From assembly GCF_009834535.1 (NCBI RefSeq), contig NC_045697.1, positions 73,844,001 through 73,908,000 of the forward strand: a stretch of DNA of 64,000 nt. Reading direction: 5' to 3'. Within the stretch, counting starts at the first letter, position 1. The number at the start of each line of letters is the position of its first letter. The notes below the pieces were generated by a model. That model was not told the origin of the DNA, made no database searches, and saw nothing but the letters and a program-made list of their open reading frames with translations. The DNA is from Camelus ferus. Its lineage: Eukaryota. Made by a program: the position numbers and the translations under genes. Positions 49,761 through 62,049 of this stretch are shown here, one piece after another.

Positions 49761-51052
49761 AAAATAAGTGTCAAAAAGTGTACCATAAAATTTTGCCACG
49801 TATACTAACAAATATATAATGCTTTTCTTTTTTAAGCAGAAAATGCCACATGGGACATTTTTGTAAAAATCTAATATTCTTCAGTTAAGTAGCATTTAAA
49901 CCAAAAAGAATGGGTTCAGTGCCTCTCTATAGTAACATCTTGTGATCACTTGCCAGATCATGAAATCTATGTTCAAGAAAATTAATGAAAGAGCTTTTTA
50001 AACTTTGTGACCTTTGACTTATATTTATTACTGAAAAGCTTGGATTCTGATTCAGCACATTATAATTTCAATTATTTAAACATTAAATTAGCTAGTGGGT
50101 ACTTTGAGTCTTTAAGATTGGTAGCTCTGTGGCAGTCTTCCAAAGCTGGAAATGCCAGAGTGGGTTTTGAAGAAAGATTTAGAGTTTTCAAAGTATTCTG
50201 AATAGAGAAACAAAGGAATACAACATTTTCCCAGCATTGCTTCAATAACGCCATTTTAAACACCATCTCAAAGCATTAACTGCAGTTAAGATGAGATCAG
50301 CCAGATTTCTTTTTTTTTTTTTTCTTGATTGCAATGATTTCACCATCTCTTCATGCTGCCCTTTGCCACAAAAAGACCGTTTAAACATGAGAAAGAGTTT
50401 GCCTTGAATTGTAGGAAACTAAAAGGGGACCAGGATGCCAACTCAATTCTAGGATTCTAACCCATAACCTCTTTCAGCAGAGCAGTGTTGAATTTTTATG
50501 CAGGACCATAAGTGGGGGGCCTGAGGAACATTTTAACTGTAAGTCAATGCCTTTGAATAGAAAAATCTGACAGTTCAGAGTGTGTTTTCTCTATATGTGA
50601 CTAAAATAATTTTTTTGTTAGGAGACTAACCACCATTTCTTTCTACCCATTGTTCTCCCCTCAAATAAAATTAATTTTGCTTCAGACTATTTTATGATCC
50701 TTATTGCTACCTGTGGGTTTAGCAGACAGTATAAAACATTTCCACACTGTGAATACTAGAGTTAGTGGGACTTGGAGTTTTCGTTAGAGTTTCTGGGGGA
50801 GATGGAAAAAGACAAGTTGAGTAGAAATCAATGTTTAAAGCCAAAGACTAAAACAAATGAATGTTTCAAATGTGTTTATTTCTCTATAACTCTTTGCAGC
50901 AGGTGGGGGTGGCGTAGAGTTCAAAGGAAATACTGTTTTGAATTTCTAACAGAGTCCTTTCATGGAAATATTGTTGCTTCTGCTTACTACAGTTCTGTAA
51001 CCTTTATGAGTTAATCTGAGAAGTTCTTTTTCTTCATTCTAATTCAGTGTGT

Positions 51053-51202
51053 TGTGGGGAGGGTATAGCTCAAGTGGTAGAGCACATGCTTAGCATGCAC
51101 TAGGTCCTGGGTTCAATACCCAGGACCTCCATTAAAAACAAAATTTAAATAAATAAAACTTAATTACCTCCTCCTCTCCCTCACCAAAAGAACCCTAGAA
51201 AA
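51053..51202 (+). mobile_element. Vic-1-type SINE, full length, with a perfect 14-bp TSD
   Basis: 'ggggagggtatagctcaagtggtagagcacatgcttagcatgcactaggtcctgggttcaataccc', carrying Pol III A and B boxes. TSD 'ctaattcagtgtgt' at 51039-51052 and 51203-51216. Confidence 0.95.
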
Positions 51203-52148
51203 CTAATTCAGTGTGTATTTTAATTGGTAGACTTATTTTATGGTACCATATTTATAAGATGATAATTAAAACCAGAGTGTTTATAACCACCGAACGATGG
51301 AAAGGAAAGGGAACAAGGGAAAGCCACAATGTTTAGAGAGTTGGTGACATTTTAAACACACATGGCTTCTGATTTATATTGCATATATCATATTCAAATA
51401 TAATTGAAGTGTAAACATAATAATTTGATACAAGTTAAGACAGAAAATGTATACTATCAGATTTTTTTCTCTAGAAAATTCTATTCCATGAAAATGCCAT
51501 GAACTTGGCTTATTCACTAATTTGTTAATTTGAAATTATTTTCAGATAAAAAGCTAATTCTTCTTTTAGTGGATTTAATTATGGTCATGATAACAGATTT
51601 GGCTGTGTTTCTTGGTCAAATCATTATCCAAATCAACCTTTAATGCATCCTTTGGTGTGACATGTAAATTTGTGATCTCCCCTAAATAATGCTATGGTTA
51701 TATGGAAATTACTTTGTAGATAATTAGGTGTTATTTTGAATTCAAATGGTATTTTTAGTACAGACATAGTATCAGTGAAGAAAGTTTAGTCATCCTTGCT
51801 CCTTAGAAGAATTTGCTTGCATAGTGACTGTACTCATAAGGACCAATCCAGAGTTTCTCTTCCTGGGACGGTATATGGAGTGCTTTTATAAACATAAGGA
51901 GTGCCAGACCTGCTTCTCTGCCCTGAGCTGACCTCCCCCATCTAGCCACACTTTGGCTCAGAGGTTGACAGGTCTGTGTTTCATATCTACATCTGCCTTG
52001 TATCAGCTATGCCAAGCTACTTTACTCTTTTAGTTTCTATTTACTTATTGGTAAAATGAGGTGAAAAGTATACTTTTCAGACCAAAAATAGTCTTCTTGA
52101 TGCCTTTTTTCAGTGAGACCCAGTAGATATTTATCATTGCCAATTTTA

Positions 52149-52280
52149 TTATCTGTAGTCTGAAGGGCAGGTAATTAGGTTTCTTCATTGATTTCCGCTT
52201 GGAGGAGGTACCGGGGAATGAACTGGGACTTCTTGTGTGCTGAGCATGTGCTCTACCAGTTGAGCTATACCCTTCCCCCT
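52149..52280 (-). mobile_element. Vic-1-type SINE with imperfect TSD
   Basis: 'ggaggtaccggggaatgaactgggacttcttgtgtgctgagcatgtgctctaccagttgagctatacccttcccc'. TSD 'atcattgccaatttta' (52133-52148) / 'atcactgctaatttta' (52281-52296). Confidence 0.9.
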
Positions 52281-53081
52281 ATCACTGCTAATTTTAGAAA
52301 ATCGTATTTTAGACCTCAAAAAGAACGTAGACGTAATCATGTTCATTTCCCTCAGATTATAATTGAGTTTTTTTTTAAATTGTGATGTGTGAAGTTTGTG
52401 ACTTGCTCAAAAATCTATACCCAGGACCAGCTCTGAATAGCTGTTCTTATATACATATGTCTTACCTAGCCAGTGTAGTAACTAAAATCCCTAAAGGCAG
52501 AGACCATGTTAAATACTACCTCTGGATCCCTTAGATTGTGTTTCCAGAAGTAAGAACTTGTTTTGAGGGAAAAAAAAATTTCACAGTCTTTTTATTTCTA
52601 CTTTGGTATCATTTAAAATGTATACTATAATTTTGGGCAATATAAAGTATTTATCAGATCTTCTAACAAAACACAAAAGATAAAGAAGATGAGAGTAACC
52701 TTCATAATATATGAGAACATGTTTCTGATGAACACATGGTTATATAATGTTCTTTTAAAATATCTACATAGTTGACTTTTTTCATTTTCCTAATGTTTTA
52801 CTCAGTAGAAAATCTCTTTTCCTTTTTTTTCTTCTGGTGGACAGAAATTATTTTATTTACATTATGAAATAATATTGGCAGTATTCTTTAGGACTGGCAC
52901 ATATTGAAGTATCTTAACTTGGTAACCTATTGATGGGTAATGGGTTTAATGGCATCTCCATTATTAATCTTTACATAGAATATTCATTTTACCCTCAAGA
53001 ATAACTGTAACAACCTACAAGTTAACTGAACCACAGTAATCACTAGTTGTTTCAAGATGGGAAGAAAAAAAAAATGACTAG

Positions 53082-53095
53082 GTTGTCATGGTAAC
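53082..53095. promoter_or_regulatory. RFX X-box-like palindrome
   Basis: GTTGTCATGGTAAC compared with the consensus GTTRCCATGGYAAC (one mismatch). Confidence 0.4.
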
Positions 53096-53307
53096 TGTAG
53101 CAGATTAGGACTAGATTGCTATGAAGATGGAGCTGTTCAAGGTTGTATAAAACTTCTCAGAAACACAGATGGCATGACTTCTGAGGCAGTGGTAGGAACA
53201 AAACACCTTTGAGAGGGAGCAGATTTCATGAATACAATACAAAGTATAAATGCCAAAATGCCTGTGTTCCAAGTATCCCTAGTATGGAGTTGTCTATAAA
53301 ATGTTAG

Positions 53308-53445
53308 TTTTTTTTTTTTTAATCTTTTTTTCTTTTTCTTTTTTTTTTAACAGAGGTACTAGGGATTAAACCCAGGACCTCGTGCATGCTAAGCATGCGC
53401 TCCACCACTGAGCTATTACCACAACCACCTCCCCCTGCCCTTCCA
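53308..53445 (-). mobile_element. Vic-1-type SINE
   Basis: Poly-T, then 'gaggtactagggattaaacccaggacctcgtgcatgctaagcatgcgctccaccactgagctat'. Confidence 0.92.
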
Positions 53446-53789
53446 GGGTATGTTATTAATTTGTTTCACAATAATACTTTAAAGCCCCCTGGGTATGTGA
53501 CACATTAGGTAACTCTAATATAGTTATTTTCTACATCTTGGTAGTTTTTTTTTTCCCTTTTTCCATTCTTGATTTTAGGGCTCCAGATGTGTGACAGTGT
53601 ATCCAATAATACAGTTTCACACATTGATTAATTAGGATCATCTTGGTGAGCTGGATGTTGATTACATAATTTGGTTCCAAGACTGTGTTCAGGTCTATTT
53701 CAATAAGACTTACTCTGACTAAAGTATTTAATAAGGCAACCTGCAAATCTTCCCTGGTACTTTTGATCCTCACCCCTGCCTTGTAAGTC

Positions 53790-53997
53790 CTTTAACACTC
53801 AACATCTTCTTATTATACCATGCAGTTTATTCCTTATTATGTTTATTGCCTCTTTCTCCAGTAGAGTATCAGGTCCAAGAGGGCAGGGCCGTTTGTTTCT
53901 TTTGCTCAGTGCTGTACTGCTGTTGGCTATGACGGTGCCTAGCAGGTAGGCATAGGATGTGCTCAAATAAATGTTTGTTAAATAAAAGAATGAATAC
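53790..53997 (+). mobile_element. LINE-2 3' end
   Basis: 'tttattgcctctttctccagtagagtatcaggtccaagagggcagggcc...gtgctcaaataaatgtttgttaaataaaagaatgaat'. Confidence 0.85.
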
Positions 53998-56900
53998 ATC
54001 GACATTTTATTTTTATGACTCTGCCTCTGTCACTATATAAAAACATTGCATGATTATGAGCCCTGTCAGAAATTACATAAAGTTCTTTTATATTACCAGA
54101 AACTGCTTTGTCGGATTTATGCAACAGTTTTATTGGAAAAATCATACTTCAAGGCATAAAAATGAAGCCATTTCCCCCTATAATTTACCTGTAAATATAC
54201 TATGATATTGCCCCCACACACACACCCCACTATCCTATGGTGTTGTCTTGATTAGGCTCCATACTTTTATAGCATCTTCTGGTTATTAGAATAATTTTAT
54301 TCCAGTCTTTGAAACTCAGTCCTAGTCATCTTAAAACTCCCAAGTCAAGCCTGAGTCAGGGGTCTTCTTACCCAGCACAGCCTTAACCTCTGGCTCCAAC
54401 ATTTGGAGTTGAGAGTCTCACTCTGAATCTCTCTGCCCCTGCCCTCTCTCTTTTAAACACTAGCCACTAGGAGGTTGGGCAGGGCTAAGGAAGGATGAAA
54501 AATGCTTAGGGTTCCCCATTTGCCTGAACAAAGCAGCAGGACCTTGGATGTTGCTATTTTGGTGGTTGACATTGACTAGCCATTGGATGCCCTCTATGGG
54601 GCAAGCATCCAAATACTGGCTCTCTCTCGGCACACGTGCGTTCTTCGGAGGGACCCCAGGGGCTCTTACTGCACGGCTCCCTGCCCAGGAAGTCTGCCTT
54701 CTCTTCATCTCTCCTACCTCAGCTTTGCCTGCAGAGAGCCCAGCCTACAGCCTCCCCCTGCTGGGGCGTGTTTGTTCACTGGACAGATTCTCAGATAGGG
54801 TATCAGCGAGATCAAGCCCAAACAACTAGTTTCTAGAATACATCTTGTTAATCAGAAATGTCAAGCACTGGCTAGAGTGTATTCAAGTAAATGTGTCCTA
54901 GTAAGAATAACTAGCTCATAATTAGCCATTTTAATGATGAGAGTGGACTGAAACTGAAAACCCTGAATAGCTTTTATGATTTATGAGAAGCAAATAATGC
55001 TTGTGACAAATTACATTCCTAATTATATTCGATGATCTTTCCCCTCAGCACATATTAGTTTGCTGAAAGTCAGAGACCTGGAATAAGCCCAAATTTGAGA
55101 AACAATCTCAGGATGAACAGATAGATATGTGGCTAATTGAGAACTGACAGAAGATGATGCCCGCCTTCCCAGTTGGGAAACTCGTTGACTAGAGTTGCAG
55201 GCTGTAAGCAGTTTCATTTCTAAACTGTCCATTGTTTCCATGTCTTCCACGGAGAATTCTGTCTGTAAGCCTCCTCCCTAACCTTCAGTGACATTCCACC
55301 TGACTCTCCTCCCTCAAATAATCTATTTGTTATTAAATGTTGTCTATGCTGTTCTTTTAAGATAAGAAACACATTTTAAAACTTCATACGTTGGAATTAC
55401 GTAGTTTCTACTGAGGATTGTGAAAAACTGGATGAGGCCTCCCCAGGAAGCATGTTCACACCACAGGAGCAACGCAAGTGCTTGTCACGTGCGTGCAGCT
55501 GCTTGTGTAATTAATGCACTGCTGGGAACGCAGGCTCTTCCTCCCAGATTCTGACACACTCATGTGTTTACTGGCTTTTTTTCTGGGATATGTGAAGTAC
55601 GCCTTCACAGATCTCTTAATATTAAGATTCAAAGTTCTTATAAGAGTAGAAATAGAAAAGTCAGTTTCACAGTAAAAATACTGATTCACCTTATGTTCTC
55701 CATGTTTAATGCAAATATAAAACATTATGTTCCAAGCTTAACATGTAGTTTGGATACACAAATTTTTCTGTTGAAATTATGTTTTGGATTGATTGACTTT
55801 TCCCTTAATATTTTACCATTACTATAAATGAAAAATTTTTTTTAATTTAGTAAGTTATGCCCTTTAAAGAACACTTTGCTTGTTTCCAGAGAGGGACTTA
55901 ACAGCTGTACTAATATTATATATTAAGAAAGAAAGTCAAACCAAGTGGAAGGAGTTTGATAGACGTAGAAGATAGGGATTGAAACCAACATTTTGGTCAG
56001 AATTTTAGAGCACTGTCCACAGGAACATTCACTAGACAAAACTGGGGCCCACTGTCCTGCACATATTTTGAAATAAACGTGTAGTTGACACACATTATGT
56101 CCCATTTTGGTAGGAAGAATCTAAAATTTTGGAGAATAGTGCCATCTATGCAGGCAGTGTAGTCAAATACATCGTCTTTACTCAATGTCTTCCATGTCAG
56201 GAACTAATTAATTCCTAACACCTGAATGACCAATAGGTGCAGAGCCTGTGGGTGGAGGTGATAGAGGCATATACAGTCATCTCCTAAGGCTGATGCTGAA
56301 ACTCATGGGCTTGACTCGATGCAGTCCCTGCAGGTAACTGGTCTTAAGAATTTACCCCAGTAATTTGCATAAATTAATAAACAGGATTCATCTGACAAGA
56401 GTAGCATATTTTATATACTTTTAATATGAAGTCAAAGGTATTTTTATAGGGAAAAAAGTTTTGTCTTATTGTATGGCAGCTAAACAGATCTATAAATTGA
56501 GTCTCTTGTCTTCTTGAAAATAGCTGACATGAGATTTAAATGATGTGTGTGTTTTTTTCCTCTTACAGCAGTAAAAGACACACCACCAACAAAATCAATA
56601 AGCCAAAATCTAGAAGCAAAAACAAAAACCCTTTTCACACATTTTGAGCATCCTCTACAGCTTTATGTGGTGAGAGGTGCAGCCACCATTCTTGAGTGAT
56701 TCAAAAAGAGTCAAATGGTGTTGAGCTAAATTACAACCCTAAATGCATATTGGTGAAATGAGATGCCGAACCATTTGCACACTAATGTGCTATTTTTAAG
56801 TCATGCATCATAGCATCTTCAAAGAGGCCTGTCATAATTATGATGGATTAGACTGCAGAGTCAGTCCTGGATGCAGTAATTGTTTCACAGATGCTGCTGA

Positions 56901-57529
56901 TGTGACTTGAATTCATAATAAATTATTGTCAGAGAGTCGTGAGAAGGAGCAAAATCAAATACCAAAGTAAAAACTGCTGAGGCTAAAGCCTGCTTTGGCC
57001 TTAAGAAACCACAATGCTGGCGACAAGTCAGAAGGCTAGTGTTTTCAACCAAGATAAACATGCTTCATTAATGTGTACCTCTGACACAGCTGAAGGTTGA
57101 CATACTTGGCATTTTTACTCAAAGTTCTCAATCCCTATCTCAGTATCTTTCTCTCTTTCTCCTTCACAGCTTATGAAAAATTATTCTGGAGCATTAGCCG
57201 AAATCATAGAGTGGCCGTAACAGCTTCTTTATATTCCTATTACCTGATTATAATTTGACCTTTAGAATTTCTTAAAAAAAAAAAGTGACATTTATAGCAG
57301 ATAAAACTACTCTTTTTGGTTTCTTAGAAGACCGTACTTCATGGGGTATATTAGAATATTAGAATAAAGGGATAAACCTAAATCATATGACTAGTAAGAT
57401 CTAAATTATGACATTTTAAATTGTTATTTAATTAACACCCGCCATTTAGGTAAATAATTTCTAAAACTGCCTCTTTTTAAAAAATGCCAAAGCTGGTTTT
57501 AGAATGAGTGGTATATTTTGTCCATTCTT

Positions 57530-58112
57530 GTTTCATTTCTTTTTTTCTTATAGTTGATTTACAATGTTGTATTAGTTTCTGGTGTACAGCAGTGATTCAG
57601 TTATATAAACCATAATGGAAAAGAGTATATACATATATACATATTATTTTCCATTATGCTTCATTACAGGATATTAAATATAGTTCCCTGTGCTATATGG
57701 TAGGACCTTGTTGTTTATCTATTTTATATATATAGTAGTTTGTATCTGCTAATCCCAAACTCCTAATTTATCTCTCCTGCCCCCTTTCCCCTTTAGTAAC
57801 CATTATTTTTCTATGTCTGTGATTTTGTTTCTGTTTCATAAATAAGTTCATTTGTATCATATTTTAGATTCCACATATAAGTGATATCACATGGTATTTG
57901 TCCTTCTCTTTTTGACTTCACTTAGTATGATAATTTCTAGGTCCATCCATGTTGCTGCAAATGGCATTATTTCATTCTTTTTAATGGCTGAGTAGTATTC
58001 CAGGATATATATTATCTATATATATATATAACATTACATATACACACACACACACCCCCCACAACTTCTTTACCTAGTCATCTGTTGATGGGTGTTTAGG
58101 TTGCTTCCATGT
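57530..58112 (-). mobile_element. LINE-1 3' end with TSD
   Basis: 'tatagttgatttacaatgttgtattagtttctggtgtacagc...aggtccatccatgttgctgcaaatggcattatttcattc'. TSD 'tattttgtccattctt' (57514-57529) / 'tattttgttcattctt' (58113-58128). Confidence 0.92.
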
Positions 58113-59229
58113 TATTTTGTTCATTCTTAAAGTTTAAGTCACTTTGCTGGCTTTTTTGGTAAACCTATAAACATGGTGTACCACATAATCAAAAACTGCA
58201 TGTGTGTACAATTTAAATAATGAGCTACTTATTATATTTTTATTAGCAAAGATAACTGTTAAAGCAGCTAAATATATGCTATGTCTTTTCCTAAGAATTC
58301 AATAACCAGAGGAGTTTCCACAAGTCATTTGTTGAATATTATTAGTTTTTAAAAAATGCACTCCATTCAGTTTTTTTGTACGGTCTCCTCTGTACTTGGT
58401 AACTACTGATACATATTCTACTTAGGACACTAGTTCTTCTGCCTCAATGATGTTGATAGATGTTTTTGGTGAACATTCGTTGTCATCCTTTTAAAACTAA
58501 CTTTGATTTAGTGGGACATGTATGTCTTTCTTATTATTGCAAGAGGGAATGAAGTTAAATTTCACAAGGGAAATTTGGGTTGATGGCATGCAGACCCTGA
58601 CAGCTGCTAGTGCTTCTCCCCTGCCCTGTACTCCTGTGGCACTTGAACAGTCACACTGTCTCACCATAACCACAGTCCAGGGCACTGCAGGACCTCTGCA
58701 TCTTTGTGCTTGTGCCACTTCAGAGCCCTTGCACTGAGTAGGGCTTCAACTGATGCCTGACTGACACAAATGAACTAATGCACATTGAATTCCAGTTCTC
58801 TCAGTTGACATTACTGGGGGAAATTTATAAATTGTTCTCAGATGTTTTAGAGAAAAATCACCAGCATCCCAGCATTAATTAAAAAGGTAATCTAGAAAGG
58901 TAGCAAAGAAGGGATTAGAATAACTCTGTGGCAACTTCAGATTCCACGTACTAAATGTTTACATCTTTTACATTCCATTCTAATCCACACAAAGAAATGA
59001 TACCTTAGTGAAATACATGCACAATACCGTTAATCATGCAAATGATTACAGACCTACAGATATGTAACTAGAATATTTTTTTTTCATCCTAAGTCCCCCA
59101 AAAACTAAAATGTTGGCAAAGTGTGAATTTATTAACAGAACCAACTCCCTGAATTATGCATTTTTCTTAATATTATGTGGCAGGAAGAGCTTCTATGAAA
59201 CTGCCAGGCTAGCCCTGGTGGGAGCAATT

Positions 59230-59330
59230 ATTTTGATGCCTAACTTGAAAAAAAATTTGCTCAGTTTTTACATCTGTAAAATGAGAGAGTGGAACTAGAT
59301 TCCTTCTTATGCTCTGAAATGTTTTGTACA
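59230..59330 (+). mobile_element. MIR fragment
   Basis: 'ctcagtttttacatctgtaaaatgagagagtggaactagat'. Confidence 0.7.
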
Positions 59331-59583
59331 TTGTTAGGACCACCATCATCACATAATACCATTCATTTTGAGTAAGTAATTTTTAAATTTCTTGGCCTTC
59401 CAAAAGTTTTAAATGCTGTTCAGTAATCCTTTGAGGAAGAGCTCTCTGTCCATTGCTATTCTGGAAGTAAGGAAGACTACCCAAATCATATGGCATGCAT
59501 TTGATCTAAGGGAACATTCATTCTATTTCCACCCCCCCTCAAAAAAAAGATAACATGATTTGTTAATATTTTGGTAGCTCTAA

Positions 59584-59683
59584 CAGTAGTATGCTTAGAA
59601 CCAGCTTATAAGAGTTAGCAAGAACAGATTGTGAAATTTTCAGAATTTTGTGAGCTGGAGTTTGATAGCTTGAAATCGGCCAT
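59584..59683. mobile_element. MER63-like hAT DNA transposon fragment
   Basis: 'cagtagtatgcttagaaccagctt...gattgtgaaattttcagaattttgtgagctgg...tagcttgaaatcggccat', which matches MER63 as I recall it. Confidence 0.7.
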
Positions 59684-60406
59684 CACCCATAGGAACATCT
59701 TTTAAGGAATATATTAAAAGCTCGCTATTCATTTTTAGATTGTAACTAATGCTGTAACATGAAGTGTTGACATCATGAAGAACATCACAGGGGAAGCATA
59801 CACAGTCATTCTTTCCAGGTTTACCAAAGGCTCTTCTGCCTTATGCTCTTGCATATAAATTTCATAACAGTTTTAAGAAAAAATTAGTGCCTTAATTTTG
59901 ACTGACCAGTGTCCTCATAGGTGAGTCATTGTCCCTACTGTAAAAAGTGAGTCTTGTTCTAAAATGAAAATTCTCTCTCCTGCTTTTTATAGGCTCAATT
60001 TTATTTGGCATAAACTGTATTATAATTTTATTTGGCATAAATTACCATATACAAACTTCCAAAAGCTGGCATTACTTTAAAAAGCATTTAAATATTCAGC
60101 TTCACAAGGGAAAAGTATCCTGACTAGTACTGTACATCATATTAATTATATGTTCTCTAGTGTAGGAAAAAATAAAGGATATTTAATTTCAATATCAAAA
60201 AATCAATTATGAGAATTCAAAATATTTCTGTTATCAGTCACTTAGAAGAGCAGGTATGAATGAATAAAAAATTTTATTTCTGTTCTTAGTCACTCAGAAG
60301 CAAAGGGAATGCCACACAAAAATATCTCTAAGGCAAAAATTTACATTCATTCCAGAAAACACTTAGTTTAACTTTGGAAAAATTTCCCCCTTTCCCCTAA
60401 ATTTGT

Positions 60407-60474
60407 TAATAATAATAACAACAACAACAATAACAATAATAACAGCAGCAGCAGCAGCAGCAACAACCACCACC
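60407..60474. repeat. Compound trinucleotide repeat (AAT/AAC/AGC/ACC)
   Basis: 'taataataataacaacaacaacaataacaataataacagcagcagcagcagcagcaacaaccaccacc'. Confidence 0.9.
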
Positions 60475-61661
60475 TACTAACTCTTTTTTCACTGATTAGC
60501 TGGTAGATATCTACAAAAAATTATCTTGGAAGATTTTCTTGCCTAATACATAGATTACTGACTTTTGTAAGCTTGAAAAAACTTTGTATATTTATATACA
60601 CTGTGCAAATTACAGCATGAAAGCTTTGCCAGTATTTTTATAATAGTCAAAATGAACAGGTCTCATTTTTTTCTGTTTTTATTAAAAATAAATAATGCTT
60701 TCCAATGGAAGTATAAAAGCACTGGGTGATTGTGAGAGTGCTGTTCCAAGTGGGTTACTGGATTGTGTAATACTCTGGGATACAGGTGCAAAGTGTGGTC
60801 TAGGACATATTGAAGTCAAAGAAAATATTTCTTTTTTTTTCTTCCTGTCAAGTGGTACTTTATTGGTTTAAATTTTCTCAGTCAGATTCATAGACTAATA
60901 ACAAATAATCATCAAATAACGAATTATCTTCATCCTAAAATGGAAAGACAATATACCCTTTTCCTGTCCTCCCTTAAAAGGTTAACCATTTAACTAACTC
61001 TTCACATCTGATGGTTGTACTCAGTAAAGGACTTGCTGTCATGGGCAGAATAATTCTAACAATAATATTAAATTAGTGTTTAAAAATGTCTGTTGTGTTT
61101 AAAGTTCCATATTGAAATAAATTTTATTCTAAGTCAACTTCATTTCTTCTTAGAAGCTAATATTATGCTCATAAAAGATACGCAAACTTCATCCATTGTA
61201 ATTCTGCCCTTGACACTTTAAAGAATGTCCAAATTATGTGGTATGGACCATAACAGAGAATAATATATTACATATATAATAAATATAAATATGTATTTAT
61301 AGATAAAGGTATTATCTAAAAATTAAGTAGGACAATATACAGTGTATAAAGAACCTGCAAGTTTATATAACATAAGTGTACATGTGTGCATGTAAATACA
61401 TTTTGTTTGGTACAGTGGAAATTGATTTAGTTACTGAAAGAAAGAATTTTTGGTTGTAGTGTTTGGAAAGCTAATTGACCTCGTCTATGAAGGATTTTCC
61501 TAGGCTTATGTCTATGCTTCTTACCTTTTGAAAAGTGGTGGTGCCCCTGATTTTGGAGAAACCCCTTACATCAAAGACTACAAATCAATTCTCATGATCC
61601 TGGAAACAAAAGTTTTTAAATTAAAGGCTACTGATGATTAAGAGTATTAGTTTAGCTCCAA

Positions 61662-61945
61662 GCTACCCAATAGAAGTACACCATAAGCCACGTGTAAAAT
61701 TTTTAATTTTCCAGTACTCACGTTAAAACAAGTAAAAAAAAATTTTTTAATAATGTATTTTACTTAACCAAAATCATATTGTTTCAGCATGTAATACGTA
61801 TTTTAAGAAACTGAGTTATTTTCTTTTTTTGTGCACACTAAGACCTTTGAAATCCAGTGTGTATTTATACTTACAGAACATCTCAATTCGTACTAACCAC
61901 ATTTCAAAGGCTCAGGAGCCATTGGTGACCAGTGGCTTGCATGTC
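61662..61945 (+). mobile_element. MER33/MER3-like hAT-Charlie MITE
   Basis: 'ccaatagaagtaca..ataagccacgtgtaa...tttgaaatccagtgtgtattt.atacttacagaacatctcaattcg.actaaccacatttcaa..gctca'. Confidence 0.82.
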
Positions 61946-62049
61946 TAGGCCATTTCTTAGCATTTCAAAGGAAGTAGGTTTACAGAAATAAAGATGTCAC
62001 TTTGTTCTGTTGTTTTTCTTTGTCCAATAGGAATTATGACCTTTTGATT

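Noticed and set aside
51056..51130. tRNA gene
   Set aside because: It has A and B boxes but is followed by an A-rich SINE tail, flanked by a TSD and present in six diverged copies. It is a tRNA-derived SINE head.
56560..57110. Identification as the PAX6 SIMO enhancer in ELP4 (paired-domain-like 'GTCATGCATCA' plus MEIS sites)
   Set aside because: ELP4 coding exons would be expected in the upstream part of the window and I could not find them by eye. Motif resemblance alone is insufficient, so no gene name is assigned.
60440..60466. Polyglutamine-coding (CAG/CAA) tract
   Set aside because: It is short, flanked by in-phase TAA triplets and has no exon context.
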